A stretch of DNA of 63,963 nt, the filler included, from an uncultured Methanosarcinales archaeon (GTDB taxonomy: Archaea; Nanobdellota; Nanobdellia; Woesearchaeales; CAYZNE01): the NCBI GenBank assembly GCA_964405295.1. It is 10 parts of 10 records of this genome, joined end to end, with 100 filler letters (N's around TTAATTAATTAA, not from the genome) between each part and the next. Parts side by side here need not be neighbours in the genome. Positions count along the whole stretch, not along the records: positions 1 to 7,501 come from CAYONI010000022.1; positions 7,602 to 14,973 come from CAYONI010000023.1; 8 more parts are not named here. One strand, 5' to 3'. The translations under genes were made by a program, and so were the position numbers. Positions 1 to 10,886 of this stretch are shown here, in pieces. The notes beneath the pieces are model-generated. The model searched no databases. It was not told the DNA's origin and worked only from the letters and a program-made list of their open reading frames with translations. How positions within the stretch are numbered: position 1 is the stretch's first letter; each line of letters starts with the position of its first letter.

Positions 1-3000
1 TTCTAAGCAATGTTTCTGCATTACTTGGTTCCTCTATTCTTCATGCAACAGTTTCAAAACAATTATTAGATTTAACAGATGTTGTTGTCGTTCCATTAAA
101 TGATTCAAATGGAGACCCATTAAAAATAACTGTTGGGACTGGCGAAGAAAGCTCTGTGTATATTGCAAAATCAGAACTAGAAGCTGCGTTTGATGCTTTA
201 AGTATATTAGGAATTACAGATATAAATAATGTGGCTATTGATATAAGTATATTAACTAATTTAGCTGAAGATGGCGACCCTACTGCTTTAGATTCAGTAA
301 AAGCAGATACGTTATTCGCATCAGTGATAATCAATGCTACTTTATCTAAATATATTATTGATTTCTCTTCTGGAGATAATCCTTTCTTAGTTGTTCCTGA
401 TTATGCTCAAAATGGAACTGCAATTACAATAACTGATCCTGCAGATGGAGTAGTAGTTATTACTGAAACTGAGTTAACACATATTTTAAAAGCAATTCTT
501 ATATTAGATATACAGACACTTGATTCAGTAGAAAATTTAGGATTGGATATTATATTAGGGAATGTTTCAACAATTTTAGATTCAAGCATCATGCATGCGT
601 CTATATCTAAACAATTTATTGACCTTGGTACCGAGATTGTCGTTATTCCTGATTACCATGAAAATGACGATCCTCTAACAATTACACAAGGAACTGTTGA
701 ATATATCGATAGAGTTGAATTAGAAGCTACATTTGATGCTTTGAATGTATTAGGCATGACTGATATTGCTAATATGACTGTTGATATTACAAGTATACTA
801 AATAACTTAGGAGAAGAACTTGATCCGACTATTTTAGATAATGCAAAAGCAACTACTCTATTTAGTTCAACAATCCTAAAAGCAACAATTTCTAAATATA
901 TAAATGACTTCTCAGAAGGAGACAGTCCAATATTACAAGTGCCACAAAAGAATGAAGCAGACGACTATATTAAAACTGTAAGTTTAATGGATGGCACTAA
1001 GTACATTTCTCAAACTGAATTAACAAATGTTCTAGGCGCTATTTTAGCGCTAGGATTAAGTGATTTTGACAATGTTAGTACATTATCATTAGCTACAATT
1101 ATTTTAAATAAATCAGTTATCTTAGATTCAGCTATTTTACAAGCAACAGTATCAAAACAACTACTCGACCTTTCAGGAACGGTAATTATACCTGAGGTAG
1201 AAGAAGATAACTTAACTGAAGTATTAGTTACTAGGGGAGATACAGGTAGCGAAATAACCTTTATCGCTCGACTAGAATTAGAAGATCTATTTGATGCTCT
1301 AGAAGTTTTAGGCATTAGTGATCTCGATAGTTTTAGTGGTGGAATAGATTTAGCTGTTTTAGACGAACCTGGAGCTGTTCATACATTAGTACAATCTGCT
1401 ATCCTACAAGCAACAATATCTGATCAAATATTTGATTTAGCTGGTGGCGACGGCGCTACACTTGTTGTAATTCCTTACCAAACTCCCGATGGTTTAACTG
1501 ATTTAAGAATAACTGTTGGTGTAGTACCTGTTGAAATGCTTCAACAAACAGAACTTGAAAACTTAATTGAAGCATTTGTTGCCTTAGGATTCACAGACGT
1601 TAATAATTTGGAATTATCTATTTCAATTAGTACATTAACAGATAATTCAGCAGTTATCTTTGAATCATATACAATTCAAGCAACTGTATCTAATCAAGCA
1701 TTAGAATTAGCATCACCTACAATTATCATTCCTTATTATAATGATGATGTAGTAACCCCTTTAAGATTAAGAAATATTTCAGGTCCAGCATTAACAGAAA
1801 CGGAATACATTGATAAGACTGAGTTAATTGCTTTAATGGCAGCTCTTGATGTATTAATTCCTGAAGGAGAACCTGTTAGTGGTTTTGATGGTTCTGTAGA
1901 TATTACATTACTCTATGATGAAGTACCAAGAACTACGTTACTTAATAGTTATATATTACAAGCAACAATTTCAAAACAAATCGTTGATTTAGGCGCAGCT
2001 ATTGTAGTGCCTGATCTAAGAGATGATACTACAATAGTTAAATTAACAGCTGGAACTATACTAGCTGAACAAAACGAATACATTGTTGTTTTTGAAATCC
2101 ATGCATTATTTGAAGCGCTAGAAGTATTAGGTGTTCTAGGAGATTTATCATCATTCGATGGTAACATTGGATTAACAGCATTGTTCGAATCATCTAATTT
2201 AGATTATGCGTCAAATCAAACAACTGTTCTTGCTAGTGCTATTATTCACGCAACTATGACTGATCAAATTTCAGTATTAAATGGCAATGAATTAGTGGTT
2301 CCATTAACAGATATTACTGGAATATCAATACTCGATATAGTTACTGGCTATACATACTATAAGAAGACAGAAATAAAATTCCTATTAAACGCAATGGATG
2401 TACTAGGAATTAATGGAAACTTATCAGGATTCGATGGAACAATTGACCTTACTGCCTTAGCAGATAGCAATTCTCAAGATACATTGTTATTCTCGGCTAT
2501 TATGCATGCGACATTGTCAGATAAGCTATTTACTTCTGCTTTAGATGTTCCTGATCAAGATATAAATAGAATTGGTGGAGCAGTCGATGTTAGAGTATCT
2601 CAATCGTCTTATGATTTCATAGAAAAAATTGAACTTAAGAAACTTCTAGTTGCTCTTGATGAAATGGGATTAACAGACTTTGGTGCTTTGAGTCCTTCAT
2701 TAACTACAATACTTTCAAAAGATATGGATATAATATTAGACTCAGTTATTATGCAAACAACGGTATCATTTAAATTCTTAACTACAGCGAAGCTTTATGC
2801 AACGGCTGCAAGCGGTGAATTAATTATACCTGATGCCAAACGTGAAGATATAACAGTAGCTACAGTTGCCAAAAAATGGGTAGAAGTTGTTGAGTTGAAA
2901 GCGATAATGAATTCATTAAATGATCTAGGAATAGATTCATTTGATATAACTATTGGTGGCTCAGCATTAAATGGGTATACTGAAGCAGAATTATTGGATA

Positions 3001-3413
3001 TATTTGCATCAGCATCTATATATTTAACAGCTGAGAAGATGATTAAAGAAAATGCCTATATTAATTCATTTATTCCTGATATTACTGGACAAGTTGTAAT
3101 TATAGATTCTATCTATAACTTGACTAACATTGTTAATGTAACTGAAGTAACTAAATTCATATTAGCAATAAATACCTTTGACGGAAGTCTTTCAGGTGAC
3201 TTTAGTTCAACTATATTAGTTGGAATGACGGGCCCAGAACAATTAACAGTAATAGCATCAGCAATTGTGAGAGCTAAGCTAACTCCTGAATTAGAGGCTG
3301 CAATGATTCTTAATGGAACACCATATATTGGAGCGGATTATGAAACAGTAGATACAACTCCACCTATTTGTTTAACAGAAGCAGCAGCTGCAAATGCATT
3401 AGCATTATACTAA
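1..3413 (+). CDS. Large acidic repeat protein (5'-partial), Acholeplasma/Izemoplasma-type ~80-90 aa repeats
   Basis: Frame is open from position 3 (LSNVSALLGSSILHATVSK...). About 13 copies of S-x-I-x-x-A-T-x-S...IP...EL-x-x-L-x-x-AL-x-x-LG; stop at 3413. Confidence 0.75.
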   Translation, partial: LSNVSALLGSSILHATVSKQLLDLTDVVVVPLNDSNGDPLKITVGTGEESSVYIAKSELEAAFDALSILGITDINNVAIDISILTNLAEDGDPTALDSVKADTLFASVIINATLSKYIIDFSSGDNPFLVVPDYAQNGTAITITDPADGVVVITETELTHILKAILILDIQTLDSVENLGLDIILGNVSTILDSSIMHASISKQFIDLGTEIVVIPDYHENDDPLTITQGTVEYIDRVELEATFDALNVLGMTDIANMTVDITSILNNLGEELDPTILDNAKATTLFSSTILKATISKYINDFSEGDSPILQVPQKNEADDYIKTVSLMDGTKYISQTELTNVLGAILALGLSDFDNVSTLSLATIILNKSVILDSAILQATVSKQLLDLSGTVIIPEVEEDNLTEVLVTRGDTGSEITFIARLELEDLFDALEVLGISDLDSFSGGIDLAVLDEPGAVHTLVQSAILQATISDQIFDLAGGDGATLVVIPYQTPDGLTDLRITVGVVPVEMLQQTELENLIEAFVALGFTDVNNLELSISISTLTDNSAVIFESYTIQATVSNQALELASPTIIIPYYNDDVVTPLRLRNISGPALTETEYIDKTELIALMAALDVLIPEGEPVSGFDGSVDITLLYDEVPRTTLLNSYILQATISKQIVDLGAAIVVPDLRDDTTIVKLTAGTILAEQNEYIVVFEIHALFEALEVLGVLGDLSSFDGNIGLTALFESSNLDYASNQTTVLASAIIHATMTDQISVLNGNELVVPLTDITGISILDIVTGYTYYKKTEIKFLLNAMDVLGINGNLSGFDGTIDLTALADSNSQDTLLFSAIMHATLSDKLFTSALDVPDQDINRIGGAVDVRVSQSSYDFIEKIELKKLLVALDEMGLTDFGALSPSLTTILSKDMDIILDSVIMQTTVSFKFLTTAKLYATAASGELIIPDAKREDITVATVAKKWVEVVELKAIMNSLNDLGIDSFDITIGGSALNGYTEAELLDIFASASIYLTAEKMIKENAYINSFIPDITGQVVIIDSIYNLTNIVNVTEVTKFILAINTFDGSLSGDFSSTILVGMTGPEQLTVIASAIVRAKLTPELEAAMILNGTPYIGADYETVDTTPPICLTEAAAANALALY

Positions 3414-3427
3414 ATATTTATAGAAAT

Positions 3428-3458
3428 AGCGGTGATTTAATAATCATCGCTTTTTTTT
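3428..3458 (+). terminator. Intrinsic terminator
   Basis: AGCGGTGATT-TAAT-AATCATCGCT followed by a T run, just after the stop. Confidence 0.8.
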
Positions 3459-3537
3459 ATATTCATCTTGCTTTTAAAGATTATAATAATATAGTATAAT
3501 TGTTTTGAAATACAAAGTTTTACATAAGGAGGAAATT

Positions 3538-6180
3538 ATGTTTTTAGCAACAGATTTAAGTTCTTTAGTCGCGATTAACTATATTTTTTATGTCGTTTTA
3601 GGACTAGCGATTCTAGCTGGTTTAGCTCGCGGATTTAAGAAATCAATCTTCACATTAATAACAATGGCAATATTTTATATTGTCTTTTTCGTAACAATCA
3701 ATCAAGCAGTTGAATTCCTTTGGACATTTGACATGCCTTGGTTAGGAGGGGTAATGGGGAATATAGACCCTAGTTTAAGCAACTTCACAACATTTGAAGG
3801 AAGTTTAAACTCTCTAATGCAAGTCCTGATTGGGGATACGGTTGATATCTCAACTAGTTCAGCTGAGGTTATCGCTTTAGCAACCGGGTTAGTTAAGTTT
3901 GCATTAAAACTAGTTTGGACTATTGCTTACTTTACAGCTATTCTTTTAATCTATAAAATACTTTGTTGGATTTTAGGAGCTATTTTCTTAAAAACAAAGA
4001 AAGGTGCTAACAAAAATCGTGGTTTAGGCGCTGTTATCGGTACGCTAAACGGTTTAATGGCTGTTTTTGTATTACTTATCATGTTGGGCGGTTTAATGTC
4101 TGTAATGGAATCTGCTGCCTCATTACTTGAAGAAAACGAACCAGCACCATTAAGTTATGTTCAAGAAGTTAATCATTCATCTTTAGATAATCCTTTTGGA
4201 GGAGTAATACCTGTTACGTTTTTGGCAGTTGAAGATAATGATTTAGGTGAATATGCAGATGAATTAACAGAAATAGTGGATGCATATAACAAAAACATTT
4301 TTGTTATATTGGCAGATAAAATAACAACAACTTCGACATTGAATCCAGATATAGAAGTTCCATTACATATTGATTTGTTTGATAAAGTATTATCATTCGA
4401 TTACAATGAAAATTCAATTGGATTTAGATATGAATTAGCTGTATTTTCAAGCGCTGCTAAAGTTCTGTTAGATTCAGACTATTATACAACTCAAGAATTA
4501 ACTGATATTACTGGTGATGAAATAAGAGATATATTTAGTAATTTATCAGACTCAATGTTAATCACTAGTCTATTACCAGTAGCTATAGAAGTAGCTGCGG
4601 ATATGTATGAACAAGATTTACCAATATCTACAACTGAATTATATGCTATAGATTTTGAAGAAGAACTTGCTAATCTCGGTTCAATTGCTGGTGCATTGTT
4701 TGATATTCTAAATAATGCTGGTTTCATTGACGGAACTAGTTCAGGAAGTTCAGTAACAATTGATGGAGATTCAGTTAGAGATGTCTTCTCTGACATTGCA
4801 GGGTCTGAAGTTATTCTTTTGTTAACTGATAATCTCTTATTGCCGATGTTAGAAGACCAAGAAGGCGATTTAGCAACTATAATTACAGTACCCGATGATT
4901 TAGATATGGAAGTTGAATATATCGCTATTGGAGAGATATTTGCACAAATTATTGAAACGGATATTGATTTTGCTGATCTAGAAGACGCAGATGTATCAGT
5001 TCTATTAAATGCAGTTAGTCAAGTAGATTTAACTGTTTTACTAGACTCAAAAATAGTTACAGAAGCACTTATTAATATTTTAAGTGGTGATGCTGAAATA
5101 GAAGGATTAGATGTACTTGAAATTCCTACAGGTATTGTATGGAAAGATAATGGTACTGTTGATGGTGAATTAAGAAAGATATTGGTTGCACTTAACGCTT
5201 TAACTAGTGTTACTTCTGATATTGATTTTAATAACTTAGATGTTACACTTTTAACAGATATGGAATATACAGCAATTGATGAATTATTTAATTCTTATGT
5301 CATAAGGGCGACAATATCAGAAATAATAAAAGTCACTAATTTAGGCGACATTCCGCTTGTAATTCCTGATATAGTTTATGATTCTCAAGGATATTTTACA
5401 GAAATCGAATTAGTAAGTATTGTAAAAGGCTTAAAATTAATTCTTGGTTCATCTGAAGGCGTGTTTGATATTATGGAGTCATTAACTTTAACTGATGCAG
5501 AAATGAATATTCTATTATCATCTGAAGTAATCGCTGCGACACTTGGTAAAGAGATATATACCTTAGGAAGCACTTCACTTATAATACCAGCATTTGTCGT
5601 AACTACAGTAACAGTAGATTCAGTAGATGTGAGTGTTATTAATAATACTGAAATAAAGGGCATCTTAAAAGCCTTATCAATATTAGGTATGAGTAGCTTT
5701 GGTGGTAGTATTGATCCTACCATCGTAGAAGGTCTTACTAAAACTCAAATTCTGGATGAAATTTTAGTTAGTGCTACATTCCACGTTACCTTGGATGACA
5801 TGTTAAGTCAAAACCCTACTTTAGGCTTGGTTGTTCCAAATATAGGAAAGGCTATTTATTATGGCTTAGCAAGTCCAATCACGACGAAGGAAGAAGTTGC
5901 CGACCTATTAATAGGTTTTAATATCATTCTTAATGGCGGAAGTTTTACGACTACTTCATTAGATATTATTGATATCCTTAATTTACCACAAGCTCAAAGA
6001 GATATAGCGATAGACTCGCTTACAATTAGACAATTTATTACCCCTGGATTAGAACTTGAAGCTTCATTAGACCCAGGATATACATTTATTCCAGCTACTG
6101 ACTATGAAACAACAGCTTTAGCTGATCCGGATATCTTAAATTACGCAAGTTGTAAAGATGCTTTAGATTATTTCCATTAA
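3538..6180 (+). CDS. Membrane-anchored repeat protein with CvpA-like N-terminal TM region; paralogue of the upstream protein
   Basis: AAGGAGG RBS before ATG 3538. N-terminal TM helices (LAGLARGFKK, NRGLGAVIG), the same repeat type, and a C-terminus similar to the 1-3413 protein. Confidence 0.7.
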   Translation: MFLATDLSSLVAINYIFYVVLGLAILAGLARGFKKSIFTLITMAIFYIVFFVTINQAVEFLWTFDMPWLGGVMGNIDPSLSNFTTFEGSLNSLMQVLIGDTVDISTSSAEVIALATGLVKFALKLVWTIAYFTAILLIYKILCWILGAIFLKTKKGANKNRGLGAVIGTLNGLMAVFVLLIMLGGLMSVMESAASLLEENEPAPLSYVQEVNHSSLDNPFGGVIPVTFLAVEDNDLGEYADELTEIVDAYNKNIFVILADKITTTSTLNPDIEVPLHIDLFDKVLSFDYNENSIGFRYELAVFSSAAKVLLDSDYYTTQELTDITGDEIRDIFSNLSDSMLITSLLPVAIEVAADMYEQDLPISTTELYAIDFEEELANLGSIAGALFDILNNAGFIDGTSSGSSVTIDGDSVRDVFSDIAGSEVILLLTDNLLLPMLEDQEGDLATIITVPDDLDMEVEYIAIGEIFAQIIETDIDFADLEDADVSVLLNAVSQVDLTVLLDSKIVTEALINILSGDAEIEGLDVLEIPTGIVWKDNGTVDGELRKILVALNALTSVTSDIDFNNLDVTLLTDMEYTAIDELFNSYVIRATISEIIKVTNLGDIPLVIPDIVYDSQGYFTEIELVSIVKGLKLILGSSEGVFDIMESLTLTDAEMNILLSSEVIAATLGKEIYTLGSTSLIIPAFVVTTVTVDSVDVSVINNTEIKGILKALSILGMSSFGGSIDPTIVEGLTKTQILDEILVSATFHVTLDDMLSQNPTLGLVVPNIGKAIYYGLASPITTKEEVADLLIGFNIILNGGSFTTTSLDIIDILNLPQAQRDIAIDSLTIRQFITPGLELEASLDPGYTFIPATDYETTALADPDILNYASCKDALDYFH

Positions 6181-6266
6181 AAAAATAGCTAAGAGGACAA
6201 AATTTTGTGTCCTCTTTTCTTTTTATGATATAATATAAAGCTAGACTAAAAAACGGAGGACAACAT

Positions 6267-7501
6267 ATGAAAAAAACACTAATATTTGTAAGTATCTTTC
6301 TATTTGCATTTCTATTTACGAGTTGTAACAATTCAAATTCAGTAACAACTCAATCAACTGCAGAAGGTACAGCAGAAACAACAACTAATTTACAAACTAC
6401 TACAGATGATGTAGTGTATGATAGATATCAAGAAATTAATCTATATTCCATTAATGATTTTCATGGTGGAACATATTCGGATATCGCTAATCTAGAGGAA
6501 ATTGGTTCTTTTTTGAAAGCTGAAAAGGCTAGTAGCGAAAACACAATAATTTTATCTAACGGAGATATTTTTCAAGGAGCAGCTTTATCTAATTATTATA
6601 AGGGTGAACCTATTGTAAAGATATTTAATAACATTGGTCTTGATGGTTTCATAATAGGAAATCATGAGTTTGATTGGGGAATAGATGAAGTACTTAAATA
6701 TAAAGATGGCGTTGATGATGATGAAAATGGAGAAATGAGTTATCCAATCCTAGCTGCTAATATAGTATATAAGGACACGCAACAAATGTTGGAAAATACT
6801 GTTCCGTATATTATTAAAGAAGTAAGTGGTGTACGAGTTGGAATTATCGGATTAATTGGAAATGTAATTAACTCAATATCAGCTTCTATGGTAAATAATA
6901 TTGAGTTTCTAGATGCTGAAGATACTATATATGATTATGCTGGTGAATTAAGAGTAGATGAAAACTGCGATATAGTGGTAGTATATATTCATAATGGATC
7001 AGACATTAATTCTAGTGTAGCTGGTTTTACGGGAGATCACTTTGTAGATGCTGTATTTAATGGACACACTCATTGGGATGAAACTGGTGCAATAAGTAGA
7101 TCAGGTGGATTAAATCCATTGTACTATGCACAAGCAAGAAATAATGAGGAGTCGTTATTTGTGGGAATAACTCTAGTATATGATAGACAAGAAAATGAAG
7201 TTACATCTGGAATCCCTACAACATATGGTTGGAATGATATTGATGATTACTCAGATTTAGAAATATTCACTATTTTATATACTTATCAAAGTGATCAAGT
7301 ATACAGTGATTATGTATCTGAAGTACTAGTTGTATCCGCTGATTACTATGATAGAGATGACTTAACTAAATGGGGAGCATCTGTATTAAGGGATTATACA
7401 GGAGTAGATATCGGCGCGCTAAATAGTGGAGGCTTTAGGAATTCTATGTATTCTGGCGATTTCACTATGGGAGATATGATAGAAATATACCCATTTGATA
7501 A
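6267..7501 (+). CDS. 5'-nucleotidase / calcineurin-like metallophosphoesterase lipoprotein (3'-partial)
   Basis: Lipobox FTSC; motifs NDFHG, GDIFQG, GNHEFD, GHTH, NSGGFR, YPF; cut at the contig end. Confidence 0.9.
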
Positions 7502-7601
7502 NNNNNNNNNNNNNNNNNNNNNNNNNNNNNNNNNNNNNNNNNNNNTTAATTAATTAANNNNNNNNNNNNNNNNNNNNNNNNNNNNNNNNNNNNNNNNNNN
7601 N
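7502..7601. other. Artificial contig spacer
   Basis: N44-TTAATTAATTAA-N44 (stops in six frames). Confidence 0.99.
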
Positions 7602-7627
7602 TTCCCGGCGAGGCATTTTTCTCTACC

Positions 7628-9085
7628 TTAGATTATGGTTAAAGCGTTTTGCCCGTACACGATGTCCAGAATCTTCTTGGCACGGGTGACGGCAACGTAA
7701 AAGTTCCGGTACTCTGAATCTGGATCGAAGAGTGAATTTTCTACACTGCGTTCGCCCATGCCGTTGAGAACCACCACACGATCAGCTTCCCGGCCTTTGC
7801 TGCCGTGGATTGTTGAAAGATGGATGGTTGGTTCGCAAAAAAGACTATACTTCTCTTCGACGGCTTTGAGATACTTGATGTTCTCGTAGATGTCCATGTA
7901 GTGAGGGCCACGAATGATCTTGTCCCATGGCTTGGTAACGAAGCTATAGTCGTCGGCCTGAATCATCCGTTCGTAGCCCATACAGAAGCGCATCAGGTTC
8001 TTCTTCTCATTACCCTTCAGGAAGGTTCGCCCGACGTTCTTATAGTCTCTTGTTGCCTTAATCAGGGACCGCACCGCATGCGCTACAGGAGAATTGAACA
8101 TACCATACTTCCCAGAATCCACGACGTACGGGAGCTGGTTGTTGATCAGCAGATCTTCGAAGATATTCCTCATAGAGTGATTGCGGTATAGAAACAAAAC
8201 GTCGTCTTCGTGCTCCGGAACAGGGAGCGAATAGGCCGAATCATAGCGACGAACCACCCCAGCTTCATCCTTCGGCTGGTACTTCTTCTCAACACGATTT
8301 TTGATGTATCGCACAATCTCTTCGGCCACAATATGTACGGCACGAGGGATTCGGTGGGACTGCCCCAGAATTTTCTTTGCTGATGTATTCTTTTCTTCGA
8401 AGTTATACATACCCTGCGGATCTGCACCACCCCACACATATATGGACTGGTCGTCGTCACCAGCCACAATCACAGACTTGGCGTCGCTGGTCCACTTCCG
8501 GACCAACGCCCACTGAAGTGGTGAAAGATCCTGTGCTTCATCGATATACCACATGTCAAACTTCGGCTTGATGGTTGTTGGCTTCGTCAGAGCTTCGGTG
8601 AGCATATCAGTAAAGTCGAACTTCCCATATGCTTTCTTGAAGGACTCATACGTCTTCACGAAATGGGAGAACTCCTTGGGGGAGCCATCCCGGTTGGAAC
8701 TGTTGAACGTCGTTAACGGGTCGTCGTGCATGAGAGCTTTGTGCAAAGAATATAGCGACAAAAAGATATCCCCCGTACCTAATATTGTCTGCTCTTCAGG
8801 ATTGCCGCCGGTGATTTCGAAACCGGACATCCTCTCAAACATTTTGTACTCCGGACGATTCATGACCTGATCCCGAGAGAGCCCCAATGACCTGAAGGCC
8901 AGACTGTGGATAGTAGAAATACTAACACCGTCCATCCCTGCCCGGTGCATCATCTCCCGTGCTGCCGACCGGGTGAACGAAATAAAACACAGAGAAAGAT
9001 CACCCCCATAATCCTTCTTGATTCTCTTCAGCAATTCTGTCGTCTTGCCAGTACCAGGTGGCCCATAGATAACCTCTGTATACAC
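7628..9085 (-). CDS. Phage UvrD/Rep-family SF1 helicase
   Basis: GPPGTGKTT, STIHS, IDEAQD, GDDDQSIY, STIHGSKGREA, YVAVTRAK. Confidence 0.92.
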   Translation of the reverse strand: MYTEVIYGPPGTGKTTELLKRIKKDYGGDLSLCFISFTRSAAREMMHRAGMDGVSISTIHSLAFRSLGLSRDQVMNRPEYKMFERMSGFEITGGNPEEQTILGTGDIFLSLYSLHKALMHDDPLTTFNSSNRDGSPKEFSHFVKTYESFKKAYGKFDFTDMLTEALTKPTTIKPKFDMWYIDEAQDLSPLQWALVRKWTSDAKSVIVAGDDDQSIYVWGGADPQGMYNFEEKNTSAKKILGQSHRIPRAVHIVAEEIVRYIKNRVEKKYQPKDEAGVVRRYDSAYSLPVPEHEDDVLFLYRNHSMRNIFEDLLINNQLPYVVDSGKYGMFNSPVAHAVRSLIKATRDYKNVGRTFLKGNEKKNLMRFCMGYERMIQADDYSFVTKPWDKIIRGPHYMDIYENIKYLKAVEEKYSLFCEPTIHLSTIHGSKGREADRVVVLNGMGERSVENSLFDPDSEYRNFYVAVTRAKKILDIVYGQNALTII

Positions 9086-9116
9086 GGTCTCTTCCTTTCT
9101 TTTTTATAATTTAGAC

Positions 9117-9148
9117 AGGAGAGCCGGAACATTGAATCCGGCTCTCCT
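9117..9148. terminator. Strong intergenic hairpin (terminator or processing site)
   Basis: AGGAGAGCCGGA-ACATTGAA-TCCGGCTCTCCT, 12-bp perfect stem; no clear U tract on the coding (-) strand. Confidence 0.45.
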
Positions 9149-9161
9149 TTATGTTAAAGGG

Positions 9162-9932
9162 TTAGTATTCCTTCTGCCCTTCCTTCCCTGCCTCGTCCTC
9201 AAAGTCGTTGTCGAAGCTTCGGTCTGCGCTCGCTGCACCGGACCGGATCATTTCATAGACTTTCTCAGCATGTCGGTACAAGGACTCTGTGACGAAACCA
9301 ATATTGCAAATGTCCAGATTAAAGAACTCCTGCCCCTGTTGATTGGCATCTTCTACACCCAACAGCCGATAAACACGACTGAAGCGATCACCACCATTGA
9401 TCCGCACCAGACTGTTGAACTTTCTGGAGATCTTGAGCTTTGATTTGGACATAGAGATCACAACCTCTTCCGATGTGAAGTCTTCCTTCACAAGCAGACA
9501 AAAGTGTTGATGTGTCAAGACCGCTTCCCACTCTTTCGGGGCTTCAAAGCTGGCGATCTCTATCTGTGCTTCCTGTTCAGTGTGGTATGCGCCGCCGAAT
9601 CCGCCGCCCAAAACCTGCTCTCTCCAAACCAGATACTCTTTGACGAATGCTACCGGCACAATGACCACCTGGGTTCCGTATAGCTCCCGTGTCACTGAAT
9701 TGTAAAGCATCCCCTCGTCTGCTCCTTCGATAAACTGGCTGCTGGCTTTCTTCCGGACCTTCGATAAACTCTGCACGACTTCAATTCTGGGGATGACGAG
9801 GTCGTTCTGGTCTACATCTTCAGAACCCCGATTGCCCATACCCTTTAAAAATTCCGGCATCGTGTTAGATGTTGCCACTTCTTTGTTGTCGCTTTTTGGT
9901 GCTGCTTTTTTATTTGCTTTCTTTGCTATCAT
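9162..9932 (-). CDS. Conserved phage replication protein, probable ssDNA-binding protein
   Basis: DLVIPRIEVVQSLS motif, acidic C-terminal tail with a terminal aromatic residue, located between the helicases. Confidence 0.55.
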   Translation of the reverse strand: MIAKKANKKAAPKSDNKEVATSNTMPEFLKGMGNRGSEDVDQNDLVIPRIEVVQSLSKVRKKASSQFIEGADEGMLYNSVTRELYGTQVVIVPVAFVKEYLVWREQVLGGGFGGAYHTEQEAQIEIASFEAPKEWEAVLTHQHFCLLVKEDFTSEEVVISMSKSKLKISRKFNSLVRINGGDRFSRVYRLLGVEDANQQGQEFFNLDICNIGFVTESLYRHAEKVYEMIRSGAASADRSFDNDFEDEAGKEGQKEY

Positions 9933-9968
9933 TCTCGTTCTCCTTGTTTAATGCTTAATGTTTAGCGT

Positions 9969-10490
9969 TTATTTAGTGATCTGCGCCCGTGTGAACGGGC
10001 TTACGTTGAACAATGTTGCCGGTACTTCTTTTCCTTCCGCTAATACTCCTTTCAAAGTTGCTTTAAGGGTTGAGGAGTTGACCGCTTCTTTGATGATATC
10101 GCCCAACCCCTGTTCGATCAACCATTCGTAGGCTGCTTCCTTCTGTCCTTTTTTAACAGATATGTTATAATCCGACAAAAGATAAATTGTGCCGATTCCA
10201 GCAATCGTCGCTTTCTCCGTGTCCTCTCTCTCGAAGACGGCTGGTACCCGAACATAACGGATAAAATCCATGGTCACTTGAAGTTTTTTCTTGATAACGT
10301 CGGCCATTTCGGTCGTTTCCTGTAACTTCCGCTGCAATGATGCCACCTCCGCAATACTCATGTCCTCGGTCGTGCCCTTCATGTTACCGTCGTCGACGGC
10401 TTTAGCTAAATCCTTTTTAACTTTGGTCAGAGTCTTCAACAGGGCCGAAATGCTCTTTTCTTCCTTTCGTACGATCTTTTTTTCTGTCAT
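9969..10490 (-). CDS. Conserved hypothetical phage protein
   Basis: AYEWL..GLGDIIK..VNSSTLKA motif typical of phage replication modules; RBS present. Confidence 0.65.
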   Translation of the reverse strand: MTEKKIVRKEEKSISALLKTLTKVKKDLAKAVDDGNMKGTTEDMSIAEVASLQRKLQETTEMADVIKKKLQVTMDFIRYVRVPAVFEREDTEKATIAGIGTIYLLSDYNISVKKGQKEAAYEWLIEQGLGDIIKEAVNSSTLKATLKGVLAEGKEVPATLFNVSPFTRAQITK

Positions 10491-10492
10491 AA

Positions 10493-10834
10493 TTATTCTC
10501 CTTTCTCGATATTAAATTGGACGGGTATATATCCCCTGCATAAGTTATCCCACTGCAGCAGCGAAATGTACCCCTTTTTCTTTATTCCCAAATGGAAAGC
10601 GTAACCGATCAGGATCGGGCCACCTGTTAAGAGAAGAAAATCTCTACCAGGGTCAAACTGATCCATATACTCTGCTATGATCTGGATAATCTCTTTGTTG
10701 CACAAACTGTTTTTTATGGGAGAATAGTTTTTATTCGTTATAAACACTATATCCCCGAACCGCTCTGCGTCTAAATAGTTGAGCTTGGAATTCTCTTTTA
10801 TAACATAGACTCTTGGTTCTCTATTATTGTTCAT
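10493..10834 (-). CDS. Conserved hypothetical phage protein
   Basis: AGGAG RBS; AERFGDI...DFLLLTG motif; co-oriented in the operon. Confidence 0.65.
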   Translation of the reverse strand: MNNNREPRVYVIKENSKLNYLDAERFGDIVFITNKNYSPIKNSLCNKEIIQIIAEYMDQFDPGRDFLLLTGGPILIGYAFHLGIKKKGYISLLQWDNLCRGYIPVQFNIEKGE

Positions 10835-10856
10835 TTTCTATCTCCTTTCTGTAACC

Positions 10857-10886
10857 ACTATAACACATGGCCTATAGGGTTGTCAA
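10857..10886 (-). promoter_or_regulatory. Sigma70-type promoter
   Basis: TTGACA-18 nt-TATAGT on the minus strand, extended -10 TG. Confidence 0.65.

Noticed and set aside
7546..7557. Recurrent TTAATTAATTAA palindrome
   Set aside because: Identical in all nine N-spacers; an artificial six-frame stop linker. ORFs ending in X...N are truncations.
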